From contig JARIGQ010000001.1 of NCBI GenBank assembly GCA_029288775.1, positions 29,044 through 93,043 on the forward strand: a stretch of DNA of 64,000 nt, given 5' to 3'. Made by a program: the position numbers and the translations under genes. This document shows positions 1 through 8,854 of this stretch, one piece after another (the first letter of the stretch is position 1; the number at the start of each line of letters is the position of its first letter). Source of the stretch: Candidatus Nomurabacteria bacterium (GTDB taxonomy: Bacteria; Patescibacteriota; Minisyncoccia; Phycocordibacterales; UBA5272). The notes beneath the pieces are model-generated. The model saw only the letters and a program-made list of their open reading frames with translations, was not told the DNA's origin and did not search any database.

Positions 1-2
1 AA

Positions 3-560
3 CTTTTGAAGAACGTTTTGGAAAAGCAAGGTGCTGAAAAAGTGCTTCATGTGACGACCGGAGGGGGATTTCGCGATTTTATAAGTGGAACATCGCACAC
101 GGCTATGGCTTGTCGTGAACTTGTAAATAGCGGTGGGTTGAGTCCGGAATTTCTGGCTATATGGAATTGGTCCACTATTTTTATCACTAGTCTTACCGGT
201 AAAGAAACGGTTATATTAGACGGTGCGCCGCGTCGTATTGATGAAGTCGCTCCGCTTCATGGGGCGATTGCCTTTTATGGTTATCCTAAACCCACTGTGA
301 TTCATCTTAATGTATCTGAAACATGGGCAATGGATAAACTTGCTTCTCGTGGAAGAGAAGATGATAATGAACGTGAAGAACAAGAAAGGAAAATGAAGTG
401 GTTTAATGAGGACATGCTTCCATGCATTGATGCGTATTCTCGTGATCCGCGCTATGATTTCATTCACGTTAACGGCGAACAGACTGTTGAAGAAGTGCAT
501 GCAGAAATGCTTGCAAAACTGGGTATGGCAATTCCTTCGCCAATGGAAACAACTGTATAG
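3..560 (+). CDS. adk: Adenylate/nucleoside monophosphate kinase, 5'-truncated by the window edge
   Basis: HVTTGGGFRD (adk HISTGD-like), ILDGAPR (LDGFPR), SRGREDD short lid, VNGEQTVEEV. Directly upstream of map. The P-loop lies outside the window. Confidence 0.8.
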   Translation, partial: LLKNVLEKQGAEKVLHVTTGGGFRDFISGTSHTAMACRELVNSGGLSPEFLAIWNWSTIFITSLTGKETVILDGAPRRIDEVAPLHGAIAFYGYPKPTVIHLNVSETWAMDKLASRGREDDNEREEQERKMKWFNEDMLPCIDAYSRDPRYDFIHVNGEQTVEEVHAEMLAKLGMAIPSPMETTV

Positions 561-562
561 AA

Positions 563-1333
563 ATGAAATACGATATTAAATTAAAAAATGAAACGGACAT
601 CAAACATCTTCGCGAATCTGGGAAGTTGCTTGCTCGTGCGCTTAAAGCTACTGCGGAAGAAGTAAAACCCGGAGTTACCACAAAATATTTAAACGATTTT
701 TTTCATGATTTTGTAGTGAAAGGTGGGGGAGAGCCGGCATTTTTAAACTATCAACCCTTTGGTGCAGATTACCCATATCCGGGGGCGATTTGTATTTCGG
801 TAAATGACGAAGTGGTACATGGGATCGGAGGAGACTATGTGCTTAAGGAAGGCGATATTATCGGTCTTGATGGTGGGGTGAAGTTGAAAGGATTGATTAC
901 GGACTCTGCTATTACGGTGCCCGTAGGAAAGGTTAGCGATGAAGATGCTGAACTGCTTCGGGTGACCCAAGAAGCCATGATGGCAGGGATTCGTGCTGCG
1001 ATATGTGGCAACTATGTGAACGATATTTCCAAAGCTATCGAAAAAGCTATTCCAAAAAAATATGGCATCGTAAAAATTCTTTCTGGGCATGGAGTAGGAT
1101 ATAAGGTGCATGAAGAACCGTATGTGCCTAATTTTGACGACGGAGTGAAAGGCCCTAAGCTTGTTCCTGGACTTGTTCTTGCGATTGAGCCCATGGTTAA
1201 TCTTGGAACTGATGAAGTGGTGCTTACCAATGACGGGTATACGTTTGTCACCGAAGATGGCAAGAAATCGGCGCATTTTGAACATACGATTTTGATTACG
1301 GAGGATAAACCAGAAATTATTACTATACAATAG
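563..1333 (+). CDS. map: Methionine aminopeptidase type I
   Basis: CISVNDEVVHG, DSAIT, GHGVG..VHEEP, AIEPMVN, SAHFEHT motifs. Confidence 0.97.
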   Translation: MKYDIKLKNETDIKHLRESGKLLARALKATAEEVKPGVTTKYLNDFFHDFVVKGGGEPAFLNYQPFGADYPYPGAICISVNDEVVHGIGGDYVLKEGDIIGLDGGVKLKGLITDSAITVPVGKVSDEDAELLRVTQEAMMAGIRAAICGNYVNDISKAIEKAIPKKYGIVKILSGHGVGYKVHEEPYVPNFDDGVKGPKLVPGLVLAIEPMVNLGTDEVVLTNDGYTFVTEDGKKSAHFEHTILITEDKPEIITIQ

Positions 1334-1419
1334 ACAATCTTTTTTAAGAGGAGTAGGCTTAAAGGTGAAGGAAGTGTCGAGGTGATACTTTCAGGGGTAA
1401 TAATGAGGAGGCTAGAGTT

Positions 1420-1827
1420 ATGTCCCGTCAGAATGAACCCGTGTACGTGATGAGCTGTCCCGATAGGCTAATTACTCCCGAGTGGAACTGGCAAATAGCC
1501 GCAGTGCGATTCGAGGAGACTCGCAATGATTTTCTGAAAAACATTCCATCTAAGGGTTTGCAGGGTTCGTGGTATTACACCTGTTTTCCTGTGCGAGGGA
1601 TGACAGGGTGTCCACTTACCGTTGAGCGGATACGTGTGATTCGCAAGATTGTGCAGGAATTTCGGGATGTGGAGCATCCCAAACGCTATGAGCGTGCTGC
1701 GCGCGTGCAGAGTTTGTTTGAGAAATATCTTGAACACCCTCCATGTTCTCTTCTTGATAACTGGGATGGCAAAGCGCCTGAGCGGCTTCAACACGCTCAG
1801 CGTATGTTCGGTCATCTCGGGTACTGA
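1420..1827 (+). CDS. Hypothetical orphan protein
   Basis: 135-aa ORF with an AGGAGG SD upstream and an intrinsic terminator right after the stop. Confidence 0.6.
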   Translation: MSRQNEPVYVMSCPDRLITPEWNWQIAAVRFEETRNDFLKNIPSKGLQGSWYYTCFPVRGMTGCPLTVERIRVIRKIVQEFRDVEHPKRYERAARVQSLFEKYLEHPPCSLLDNWDGKAPERLQHAQRMFGHLGY

Positions 1828-1829
1828 GC

Positions 1830-1858
1830 AAACGGCGCATCGCGCCGTTTTCTTTTTT
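1830..1858 (+). terminator. Intrinsic terminator
   Basis: aaacggcgc-atc-gcgccgttt followed by a T-tract. Confidence 0.75.
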
Positions 1859-1899
1859 ATGCACTAGGTTCACCTACCTCTGCACGATATACTTTCTTC

Positions 1900-4608
1900 A
1901 TGGATCAGACTCTAAAAACTCCTGAGGAAGAGATTGCTTATTTGCGTTCGCAAATTCAAAACAAAGTGGAAGCATCCAAAGGGTTCGAAGATCGTTTTAC
2001 CTCAGAAGATCATGCTCATGAAGTAGTTCGTGAGTATAAGCAAGTACCCCTTGAAAAAGCAGTTGCTCCGCAGCAGATGGTTACTGCCGGGGAAAAGCAG
2101 CGGCTTTTGGAATGGCTGACACCCAGAGAAACGGATGAACAGGTAAAAATGCTTGCGCAGGTTATGGCAGAAAAGGGCCTTAAAAATGCTTTTAGTATGA
2201 TGGAGTCGCTTAATTATCCGGAAGTTGAGGACGATTTCGAGCGTTACTTGGTGCAATACCTCATTTCTGGTCATGAAGTTAAAAACAATCTTTCCAAGGA
2301 AGAATGGAAGGCGCTCCATATGAAGCTTTTTGAAGTGGTATTACCCGACGTTCAGGATCAAGGAAAGGGAGCCAAGGAAATGATGGCGCTTATGGAGCAA
2401 TGGTATGCCTCTATGCAGGCACTTGCTCCAGAGCCCACCAACAAGGACAAGAATTACTATTCATTGGAACTTGCAGTGGCTAATGGTACAACCACGGCGG
2501 TTTTTTATTGTGCGGTACATATTGACTATGCTTCGCTTTTTGAAAAAGTGGTGCTTGGTATTTTCCCAACCGCTCAAGTTCGCGAGCAAAAGGAGGATTA
2601 TAATATTTTTACCAAGCACGCTATTACTACGTGTGCGTACGCCTCCGCAAGCACGCATCCAACACTCCCACTTAAAACCTATACCAACATGGAGGGGGAT
2701 CCGATGTCGCTTATTATTGCTTCTTTCACTAAGATAGCGCGGGAAAATGAAGGCCTTGCGCTCCAGCTTCTTATTCGTCCTTCGGGGGATATGTTTGCTA
2801 AGAGGTATGGAGAAATGTTGGAGGATTTGCGAAAAGGGGAGACGCTCAAGCGGGTTATTGAAAAGCAGGATAACTTGAAAGAGTCATTCCGTATTCTCGG
2901 ATCAATGTTTAGTAGTAAATCTGCTGAACAATTAGCTAAAGAAAAAGAGAAGAAACAAACGTTTGTGGACGAAACAGCAATGAAGCATGTACAGGACAAA
3001 CTTTCACGTACTATTGTAGAAACCAATATTCGTATTATTGCTTCGGCAGAAACATTACCTCGTGCACAAGCTATTCGTTCGGAACTTGAGGCTTCATTTG
3101 CCCAATTTGCAGAAGTAAATGGAAACAGCGTTAAATGGGTAGAAGTAGAAGGGCGTAAGCAGAAAGCCATGCTTCACCGTTATTCGTATCGCTTGTGGAA
3201 TGATGATGAAAGTTATCCGCTTAATATAGCCGAGCTTGCATCGCTATTTCATTTTCCAACCCAAACCAAAGATACGGCAAATGTACGCGAACAAACGGCG
3301 ACTCAAGCAGCTGCTCCATTGGACATGCCTTCAGAAGGGGTGGTATTGGGAGTAAATAGATTCCGCGGTCAAGAAACTATGATTCACATGTCGCGAGAGG
3401 ATCGGATGCGTCATTTGTATGTGATAGGGCAGACAGGTACAGGTAAGACCTCCATTTTGAAGAATCTTATTATTCAGGATATTAAAAATGGTGATGGGTG
3501 CTGTTTCATTGATCCGCACGGGTCCGATATTATGGATATTTTGGCGTCCATTCCTCCGGAGCGCTCGCAAGATGTTATATATTTTGATCCAGGGAATACC
3601 GCTCGTCCCATGGGTCTTAATATGCTCGAATATGATCGGAATTATCCTGAACAGAAAACATTCGTTGTAAATGAGCTTTTGGGTATTTTCAATAAGCTCT
3701 TCGATATGAAGACATCCGGAGGTCCAGGGTTTGAACAGTACTTTAGAAACGCAACTATGCTCGTTATGGAGCATCCGGAGTCGGGGAATACGCTTCTTGA
3801 AATTGCTCGTATCTTTTCTGATAAGGACTTTAGAGATTATAAGCTTTCGAAGACCAAGAATCCGCTCCTGCTTCAATTTTGGCAAAATGCGGAAAAGACT
3901 ACAGGAGAACAGGGGCTTCAGAACTGGACCCAGTATGTTAATTCCAAATTCGATGTCTTTCTTTCAAATGACATTATGCGTCCGATTATTGCCCAGGAGA
4001 AGAGTGCGTTTAATATCCGTGACATTATGGATGGACGCAAGATTTTCCTTGTGAATCTTTCCAAAGGACGCCTAGGAGACATCAATGCTTCACTTATCGG
4101 TCTTATTTTGGTCGGTAAGTTCTTACAAGCCGCCCTTTCTCGCGTGGACACCACGGAACGCCCTGATTTCTATCTGTATATCGACGAATTTCAAAACATT
4201 ACCACGCCATCCATTTCAGCTATTCTCTCTGAAGCACGCAAGTATCGTCTTAGTCTTAACTTGGCTCATCAATTCATCGCTCAGCTTCCTGAAGACACCA
4301 AGGGAGCGGTATTTGGCAACGTTGGTTCAATGGCATTCTTTCGTGTCGGACCTGATGATGCTCAATACTTGGAGCCGCAGCTTTCACCAACATTTACTGC
4401 AAGTGACCTTATGAAAATCCAGAATTATCATGCCTATCTTAAAGTACTGGTGAATGGTGAACCGAAAAAGCCATTTGACATTGTAACGCTTCCACCAGAA
4501 AAGGGTGATGCAACACGTATCGAGCCGCTTAAGGAATTAAGCTATCTTACCTATGGTCGACCAAAAGAAGAAGTAGAAGCTGAGATTTTGAAGAAGTATC
4601 AACTTTAA
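1900..4608 (+). CDS. VirD4/TraG/HerA-like (type IV coupling protein-like) P-loop ATPase
   Basis: Walker A GQTGTGKT, FIDPHG, Walker B LYIDEFQ, LSEARKYRL..AHQF; long N-terminal extension. Confidence 0.88.
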   Translation: MDQTLKTPEEEIAYLRSQIQNKVEASKGFEDRFTSEDHAHEVVREYKQVPLEKAVAPQQMVTAGEKQRLLEWLTPRETDEQVKMLAQVMAEKGLKNAFSMMESLNYPEVEDDFERYLVQYLISGHEVKNNLSKEEWKALHMKLFEVVLPDVQDQGKGAKEMMALMEQWYASMQALAPEPTNKDKNYYSLELAVANGTTTAVFYCAVHIDYASLFEKVVLGIFPTAQVREQKEDYNIFTKHAITTCAYASASTHPTLPLKTYTNMEGDPMSLIIASFTKIARENEGLALQLLIRPSGDMFAKRYGEMLEDLRKGETLKRVIEKQDNLKESFRILGSMFSSKSAEQLAKEKEKKQTFVDETAMKHVQDKLSRTIVETNIRIIASAETLPRAQAIRSELEASFAQFAEVNGNSVKWVEVEGRKQKAMLHRYSYRLWNDDESYPLNIAELASLFHFPTQTKDTANVREQTATQAAAPLDMPSEGVVLGVNRFRGQETMIHMSREDRMRHLYVIGQTGTGKTSILKNLIIQDIKNGDGCCFIDPHGSDIMDILASIPPERSQDVIYFDPGNTARPMGLNMLEYDRNYPEQKTFVVNELLGIFNKLFDMKTSGGPGFEQYFRNATMLVMEHPESGNTLLEIARIFSDKDFRDYKLSKTKNPLLLQFWQNAEKTTGEQGLQNWTQYVNSKFDVFLSNDIMRPIIAQEKSAFNIRDIMDGRKIFLVNLSKGRLGDINASLIGLILVGKFLQAALSRVDTTERPDFYLYIDEFQNITTPSISAILSEARKYRLSLNLAHQFIAQLPEDTKGAVFGNVGSMAFFRVGPDDAQYLEPQLSPTFTASDLMKIQNYHAYLKVLVNGEPKKPFDIVTLPPEKGDATRIEPLKELSYLTYGRPKEEVEAEILKKYQL

Positions 4609-4610
4609 GT

Positions 4611-4784
4611 ATGGACGCACCTCTTATTATTTTTGCCCTGACTCTTCTTGCGTACATTCCGCTTGCATGCGTTCTTTTGTATGTGTGGTGGAAATATGGA
4701 AAAGGGGAGGTTGGGGTATCGTTGGCCCGAGTCATTTTCCTTGCCGGTTCGGTAGGGTTGCTTTTCCTTATGATTACCGTATGA
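4611..4784 (+). CDS. Small two-TM membrane protein (57 aa), absent from the ORF track
   Basis: MDAPLIIFALTLLAYIPLACVLLYVWWKYGKGEVGVSLARVIFLAGSVGLLFLMITV*. Starts 2 nt after the ATPase stop, and its TGA overlaps the next ATG (ATGA at 4781-4784). Confidence 0.75.
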   Translation: MDAPLIIFALTLLAYIPLACVLLYVWWKYGKGEVGVSLARVIFLAGSVGLLFLMITV

Positions 4785-5335
4785 ATACGTTTACACCAGA
4801 ACATCTTTTAGAAGAAGGAGAAATAATCACAGAACGTATTCGCAAGCACTGGATTGTGTATGTGCAAGCTTTCTTCTTGCATGCTTTCGGCTGCGTTATA
4901 TTTCTCATATGTGCCTATTATCTTGCTTCTAAAGGTGATTTCTCGGCCCTTCTCGGGGAAGGGTCTATATACGGTTCTATGACACTCATTACCTTTGTGC
5001 TCATTTTTTGGACAAGCTTTTTTTATGCATGGACCAAAGAATATTTTGATGTGTGGTATGTGACCACCATGCATATTATTGCCATCAATCAAAAGGAGAT
5101 TTTTACTCGCGATGAGTCGTTTATGGAACTTAATCGTATTCAGGATGTTTTCTTTGAAAAGGAGGGATTTCTCGCTCATGTACTTGGGTATGGAACCTTG
5201 CGAGTGCAGACAGCTGGAACGCTCCAAGAATTCGTAATTGAAAATGTAAAAGACGTGGAGTCTGTTGCTCATCGTCTGATGGAGATTCGAGACCATCTAC
5301 AAGAACGAAAAGATCCCATTAATCCATCTCCCTAA
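4781..5335 (+). CDS. Membrane protein with bacterial PH (bPH_2/DUF304-like) domain
   Basis: Start reassigned to MNTFTPEH. Two TMs, then RIQDV..EKEGFLAHVLGYGTLRVQTAG pattern. Confidence 0.8.
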   Translation: MNTFTPEHLLEEGEIITERIRKHWIVYVQAFFLHAFGCVIFLICAYYLASKGDFSALLGEGSIYGSMTLITFVLIFWTSFFYAWTKEYFDVWYVTTMHIIAINQKEIFTRDESFMELNRIQDVFFEKEGFLAHVLGYGTLRVQTAGTLQEFVIENVKDVESVAHRLMEIRDHLQERKDPINPSP

Positions 5336-6137
5336 GCGCGAGAATATTTTCGTATTTTACTGTAGGGATGTAGTGTTCATCAATTGGAAAGCGTATATTG
5401 TTTTCATCAAAAGCGTAGAGGGAGAATTTTTGGTCTAAAAGAAAGCGAAGAATGTCATGCACAGTATAATCATAGCGTGCAAAATTTCTTGGAGCCGCTT
5501 CAAAGTATACGGCTTGCACCTTGGCAAGCATACGATGCGCTCCACGTAACGCGTGGAATTCATATCCTTCAATGTCGAGTTTAAGAAGGTTAACGTGAGA
5601 AAAATGACCAGCTAGATCATCAAGTGTGAGCATAGGAACAGTAAGTACTCCATCATCATTGATATGGTTTATATCGCTCACATATTCATCTGTTGCTTTC
5701 ATGGTGCCTGTCTTGTCACCCACTGCCACATTAAGCGCTTTTACATTAACACAGCCGTTTGCGCGCAGATTGGCCGTGAGATACCGGTAGGTGCGAGGAT
5801 GCATTTCACACGCCAGTACGTGTCCATCTTTCCCAACAAGCTTTGAGGCGGTGATAGCAAGGGTTCCCAGATGGGCGCCGCAGTCAATAACAATATCGCC
5901 AGGTTTGAGAAATGTTTCATAAAAGAGTTCGTCACTTTTATTTTTTTCCGTACGAGTCCATAACCAAAATGCCAAAGGGGCATACCACACTCGCATGCGA
6001 TACCATTTTCGACGCACCCAAAAGAGAGGGGAAAGTCCCATTCTATACAGAATATATTTAATTAGAGGAATAGGGTTACCACGAAAGAGAGCGCGTCGGG
6101 TAAATTCTTTTTCTCGAAGCGTGTGGAAAAATTTCAT
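5319..6137 (-). CDS. FkbM-family SAM methyltransferase
   Basis: VIDCGAHLG and LLKLDIEGYE motifs. Confidence 0.9.
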   Translation of the reverse strand: MKFFHTLREKEFTRRALFRGNPIPLIKYILYRMGLSPLFWVRRKWYRMRVWYAPLAFWLWTRTEKNKSDELFYETFLKPGDIVIDCGAHLGTLAITASKLVGKDGHVLACEMHPRTYRYLTANLRANGCVNVKALNVAVGDKTGTMKATDEYVSDINHINDDGVLTVPMLTLDDLAGHFSHVNLLKLDIEGYEFHALRGAHRMLAKVQAVYFEAAPRNFARYDYTVHDILRFLLDQKFSLYAFDENNIRFPIDEHYIPTVKYENILALREMD

Positions 6138-6172
6138 AGTAAAGCAAAAACGGCTCTTGCGAGCCGTTTCGA

Positions 6173-6757
6173 CTAGTTCTTAAGGCGTTCTACGTATTCA
6201 CCGGTATCAGTATTTACCACAATGGTTTCACCTGCTTCGATAAAAAGCGGTGTAGCAATTTGGGCACCGGTTTCAATGGTTACGAGTTTGTTTCCTCCTG
6301 AGGAAGTATTTCCCTTAATGGAAGGAGGAGCGTCTTTGACGAAGAAGTTCATTTTGATCGGAAGTGAAATTCCAATAACACGTTCTTCGTCTTCGTATTC
6401 AAAAACTTTAATGTCAACGAGGGTGTTATCCTTAAGAAAGCGAGCTTGGTCCCCAATTACCTCTCCTGAAATTTGGAAGCGCTTAGCTCTATCTTTTGGA
6501 TCGCAGAACCAAAATTCTCCACGATTTGCATACAGGAAGAGCGCTTCACCTCGACGAATTTCTGCTTCTTCAGCGGTGTCGGAAGCATGAAATGTACCAG
6601 GAACAACTTTACCGTTCAAAAGATTTCTCATTTTTACTTGATTTTGTGGTTTTCTTTTTTGGGTCCGTGCCACATGAGATTCGAGGATTTCGAATGGTTC
6701 GCCATCCACAAGGATGAATTTTCGCGGCTTAATTTCGTCGTAATCAAGAGTTGCCAT
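6173..6757 (-). CDS. efp: Elongation factor P
   Basis: Start at MATLDYDEIK. PPSIKGNTSSGGNK..IETGA....PLFIEAGE.I.VNT.TGEYVER. Confidence 0.93.
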   Translation of the reverse strand: MATLDYDEIKPRKFILVDGEPFEILESHVARTQKRKPQNQVKMRNLLNGKVVPGTFHASDTAEEAEIRRGEALFLYANRGEFWFCDPKDRAKRFQISGEVIGDQARFLKDNTLVDIKVFEYEDEERVIGISLPIKMNFFVKDAPPSIKGNTSSGGNKLVTIETGAQIATPLFIEAGETIVVNTDTGEYVERLKN

Positions 6758-6876
6758 AGTTTTTTCTATTAAAGATAATGTCGGAATTCTATCACGAAAT
6801 GAAGTAGTTTGACAAAAAGTTTCCTCAGGGGCAGACTGTTTATGTAAGTCCTTACACAGATACACAGGAGACAAAG

Positions 6877-7335
6877 ATGCAAATCCTTGGAGTGTTCGGG
6901 TTGGCTGTGTGCGTATATACCTTTTTTTACCTTCCGTGGCGAGCGCAAGAGCTCGTCCGGTTGGCCGAGAAGGGTGACAATAAAGCCCTTGTAAAGCTGA
7001 TTCTCTTGGACGCATGTCACGGGCACGGCATTCTTCTTGTCATGCGGGAAAATCGCCATCGCGTATATCGCGCTGACGGAACGATAAGGTATTGGGTAAG
7101 CAGTCCTTCTCCCGAGCTTTTGCGGCGGTATCGCAATGCTGTTCTCTATGGGGTTAGGGTATGCGAAGACTGCAAACAGGCCATGGAGCAGATGGTGGCT
7201 ACCTTGTGGTGCTGTGCTGCGGTGCGTTTTGTGGAATCGGAAATCGATGACGCAAACCAAAAAAGATGGATAGTCCAAATTCAGCAGGATCAATTCCGAC
7301 GGGTTTTGAAACAGCTGGATAGGTTATGCATCTGA
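6877..7335 (+). CDS. Hypothetical orphan protein (N-terminal hydrophobic segment, CHGH and CEDC motifs)
   Basis: AGGAG SD at 6866-6870, TTGACA upstream, hairpin plus T-tract at ~7357-7390. Confidence 0.55.
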   Translation: MQILGVFGLAVCVYTFFYLPWRAQELVRLAEKGDNKALVKLILLDACHGHGILLVMRENRHRVYRADGTIRYWVSSPSPELLRRYRNAVLYGVRVCEDCKQAMEQMVATLWCCAAVRFVESEIDDANQKRWIVQIQQDQFRRVLKQLDRLCI

Positions 7336-7400
7336 AACCCATATGTGAAACACACAAGCGCACTTCTGATAGTGCGCTTGTTTCCTTTTTCTTTAAGGGT

Positions 7401-8489
7401 TTATTCCGGTTGTTCGTTTTCTTCAGGATCTACCGAACCTGAATAGGAGAGACCGCCTTCATCCAAATGTTTTCTAATTTGCTTTGCAAGAGCATCTCCA
7501 ACTTTTTTATTTTCACGCAAATAGGTACGTGCCGCGTCATAGCCGCGACCAAGTTTTTCATCGCCATATACGTACACCGAGCCTGAGGATTTGCCGACAA
7601 GCTTGAATTTTTCACCCAAAGCAAGAAGCTCTCCTTCGCGCGAAATACCTTCGTTATAGATGATGTCGAATTCGGTTGTTTTAAACGGAGCGGCAACTTT
7701 GTTCTTCACCACTTTTACTTTTGTGCGAGCGCCGACAACTTCTTCACCCTTTTTAATCTGGGCAATCTTACGAATATCGATACGAACAGAGGAGTAGAAC
7801 TTGAGCGCTTTTCCTCCTGGAGTTGTCTCCGGATTGCCAAACATCACTCCGATTTGCATGCGGATTTGATTGATGAAAATAATAACCGTTTTAGATTTCG
7901 CGGCAATTGCGGTTAACTTGCGAAGGGCTTGGGACATGAGGCGCGCTTGCTTGCCGACATGCTGCGCACCCATATCACCTTCGATTTCATCTTTTGGAGT
8001 AAGCGCCGCGACAGAGTCGATGACAAGGACGTCTACTTTACCACTTCGCACAATTGATTCGGCAATTTCTAGTGCCTGCTCGCCATTATCAGGTTGAGAA
8101 ATGAGAAGTTCATTGATGTTAACACCAAGCTTCTTTGCATATTCAGGGTCCATGGCATGTTCTGCATCAATGAAGGCACATAATCCGCCCATTTTCTGAG
8201 CTTCTGCTACCACATGTAAGGTAAGCGTTGTCTTACCAGAAGATTCAGGGCCATAGATTTCGATAATACGTCCGCGCGGAAGTCCGCCGACACCGAGTGC
8301 CGCATCCAAACCAAGTGAGCCTGTAGGAACAACACCAACATCAACTTTAGGTGCAGAGCCGAGTTTCATCATGGCTCCTTCACCGAATTTATTTTGTATT
8401 TCTCGGAGGAGGGCATCGGAGGAAACTTTTTCGTTTACCTCCTTGCTCCCAACCGTTTTTGCTTGTTTTGCAACTTTCTTTTTTATCAT
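7401..8489 (-). CDS. recA: Recombinase RecA
   Basis: [35 protein letters not shown]. Confidence 0.99.
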   Translation of the reverse strand: MIKKKVAKQAKTVGSKEVNEKVSSDALLREIQNKFGEGAMMKLGSAPKVDVGVVPTGSLGLDAALGVGGLPRGRIIEIYGPESSGKTTLTLHVVAEAQKMGGLCAFIDAEHAMDPEYAKKLGVNINELLISQPDNGEQALEIAESIVRSGKVDVLVIDSVAALTPKDEIEGDMGAQHVGKQARLMSQALRKLTAIAAKSKTVIIFINQIRMQIGVMFGNPETTPGGKALKFYSSVRIDIRKIAQIKKGEEVVGARTKVKVVKNKVAAPFKTTEFDIIYNEGISREGELLALGEKFKLVGKSSGSVYVYGDEKLGRGYDAARTYLRENKKVGDALAKQIRKHLDEGGLSYSGSVDPEENEQPE

Positions 8490-8498
8490 ATGTTTAGC

Positions 8499-8852
8499 TT
8501 ACTGCGGAATAACTCGTAATGTTTTCGTTACGGATGCGCCATAGGCGTCCGTGGCTTCTATTACCAGTATAGTATAGGGGAATTGCGCCACCAATGTTTC
8601 CTTAAAATGGCCATCTGTATCAACGGTGATTGGTCGTCCTTGAAGCGTAATGGACGCCGAGCGCTTTACAAGACCCGATACTTCAAAGGTGGAACTTGCA
8701 ACAAAATCGCCATTATGGGGATTATAGAGAGTAATTGAAGGGCCTGCGATAAGCGGGTAGGCCCGGAAAATGCCGTAGCCCACGCTAACAAGGCACAAGA
8801 GAACAATGAAGGTTCGTTCGATTCTGCGTCTCAGGTCGTAATAGGTGAGCAT
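8499..8852 (-). CDS. Membrane-anchored small Ig-like beta-sandwich protein
   Basis: One TM followed by a beta-rich pattern (VSG.V...DG.F...IEATDAYG); operonic between ftsK and recA. Confidence 0.65.
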   Translation of the reverse strand: MLTYYDLRRRIERTFIVLLCLVSVGYGIFRAYPLIAGPSITLYNPHNGDFVASSTFEVSGLVKRSASITLQGRPITVDTDGHFKETLVAQFPYTILVIEATDAYGASVTKTLRVIPQ

Positions 8853-8854
8853 GT

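Noticed and set aside
4667-4780. N-terminal extension of the bPH ORF given by the track
   Set aside because: The region is better explained by the coupled 57-aa ORF 4611-4784
6758-7015. N-terminal extension of EF-P given by the track
   Set aside because: Overlaps a divergent gene and promoter; EF-P similarity starts at 6757
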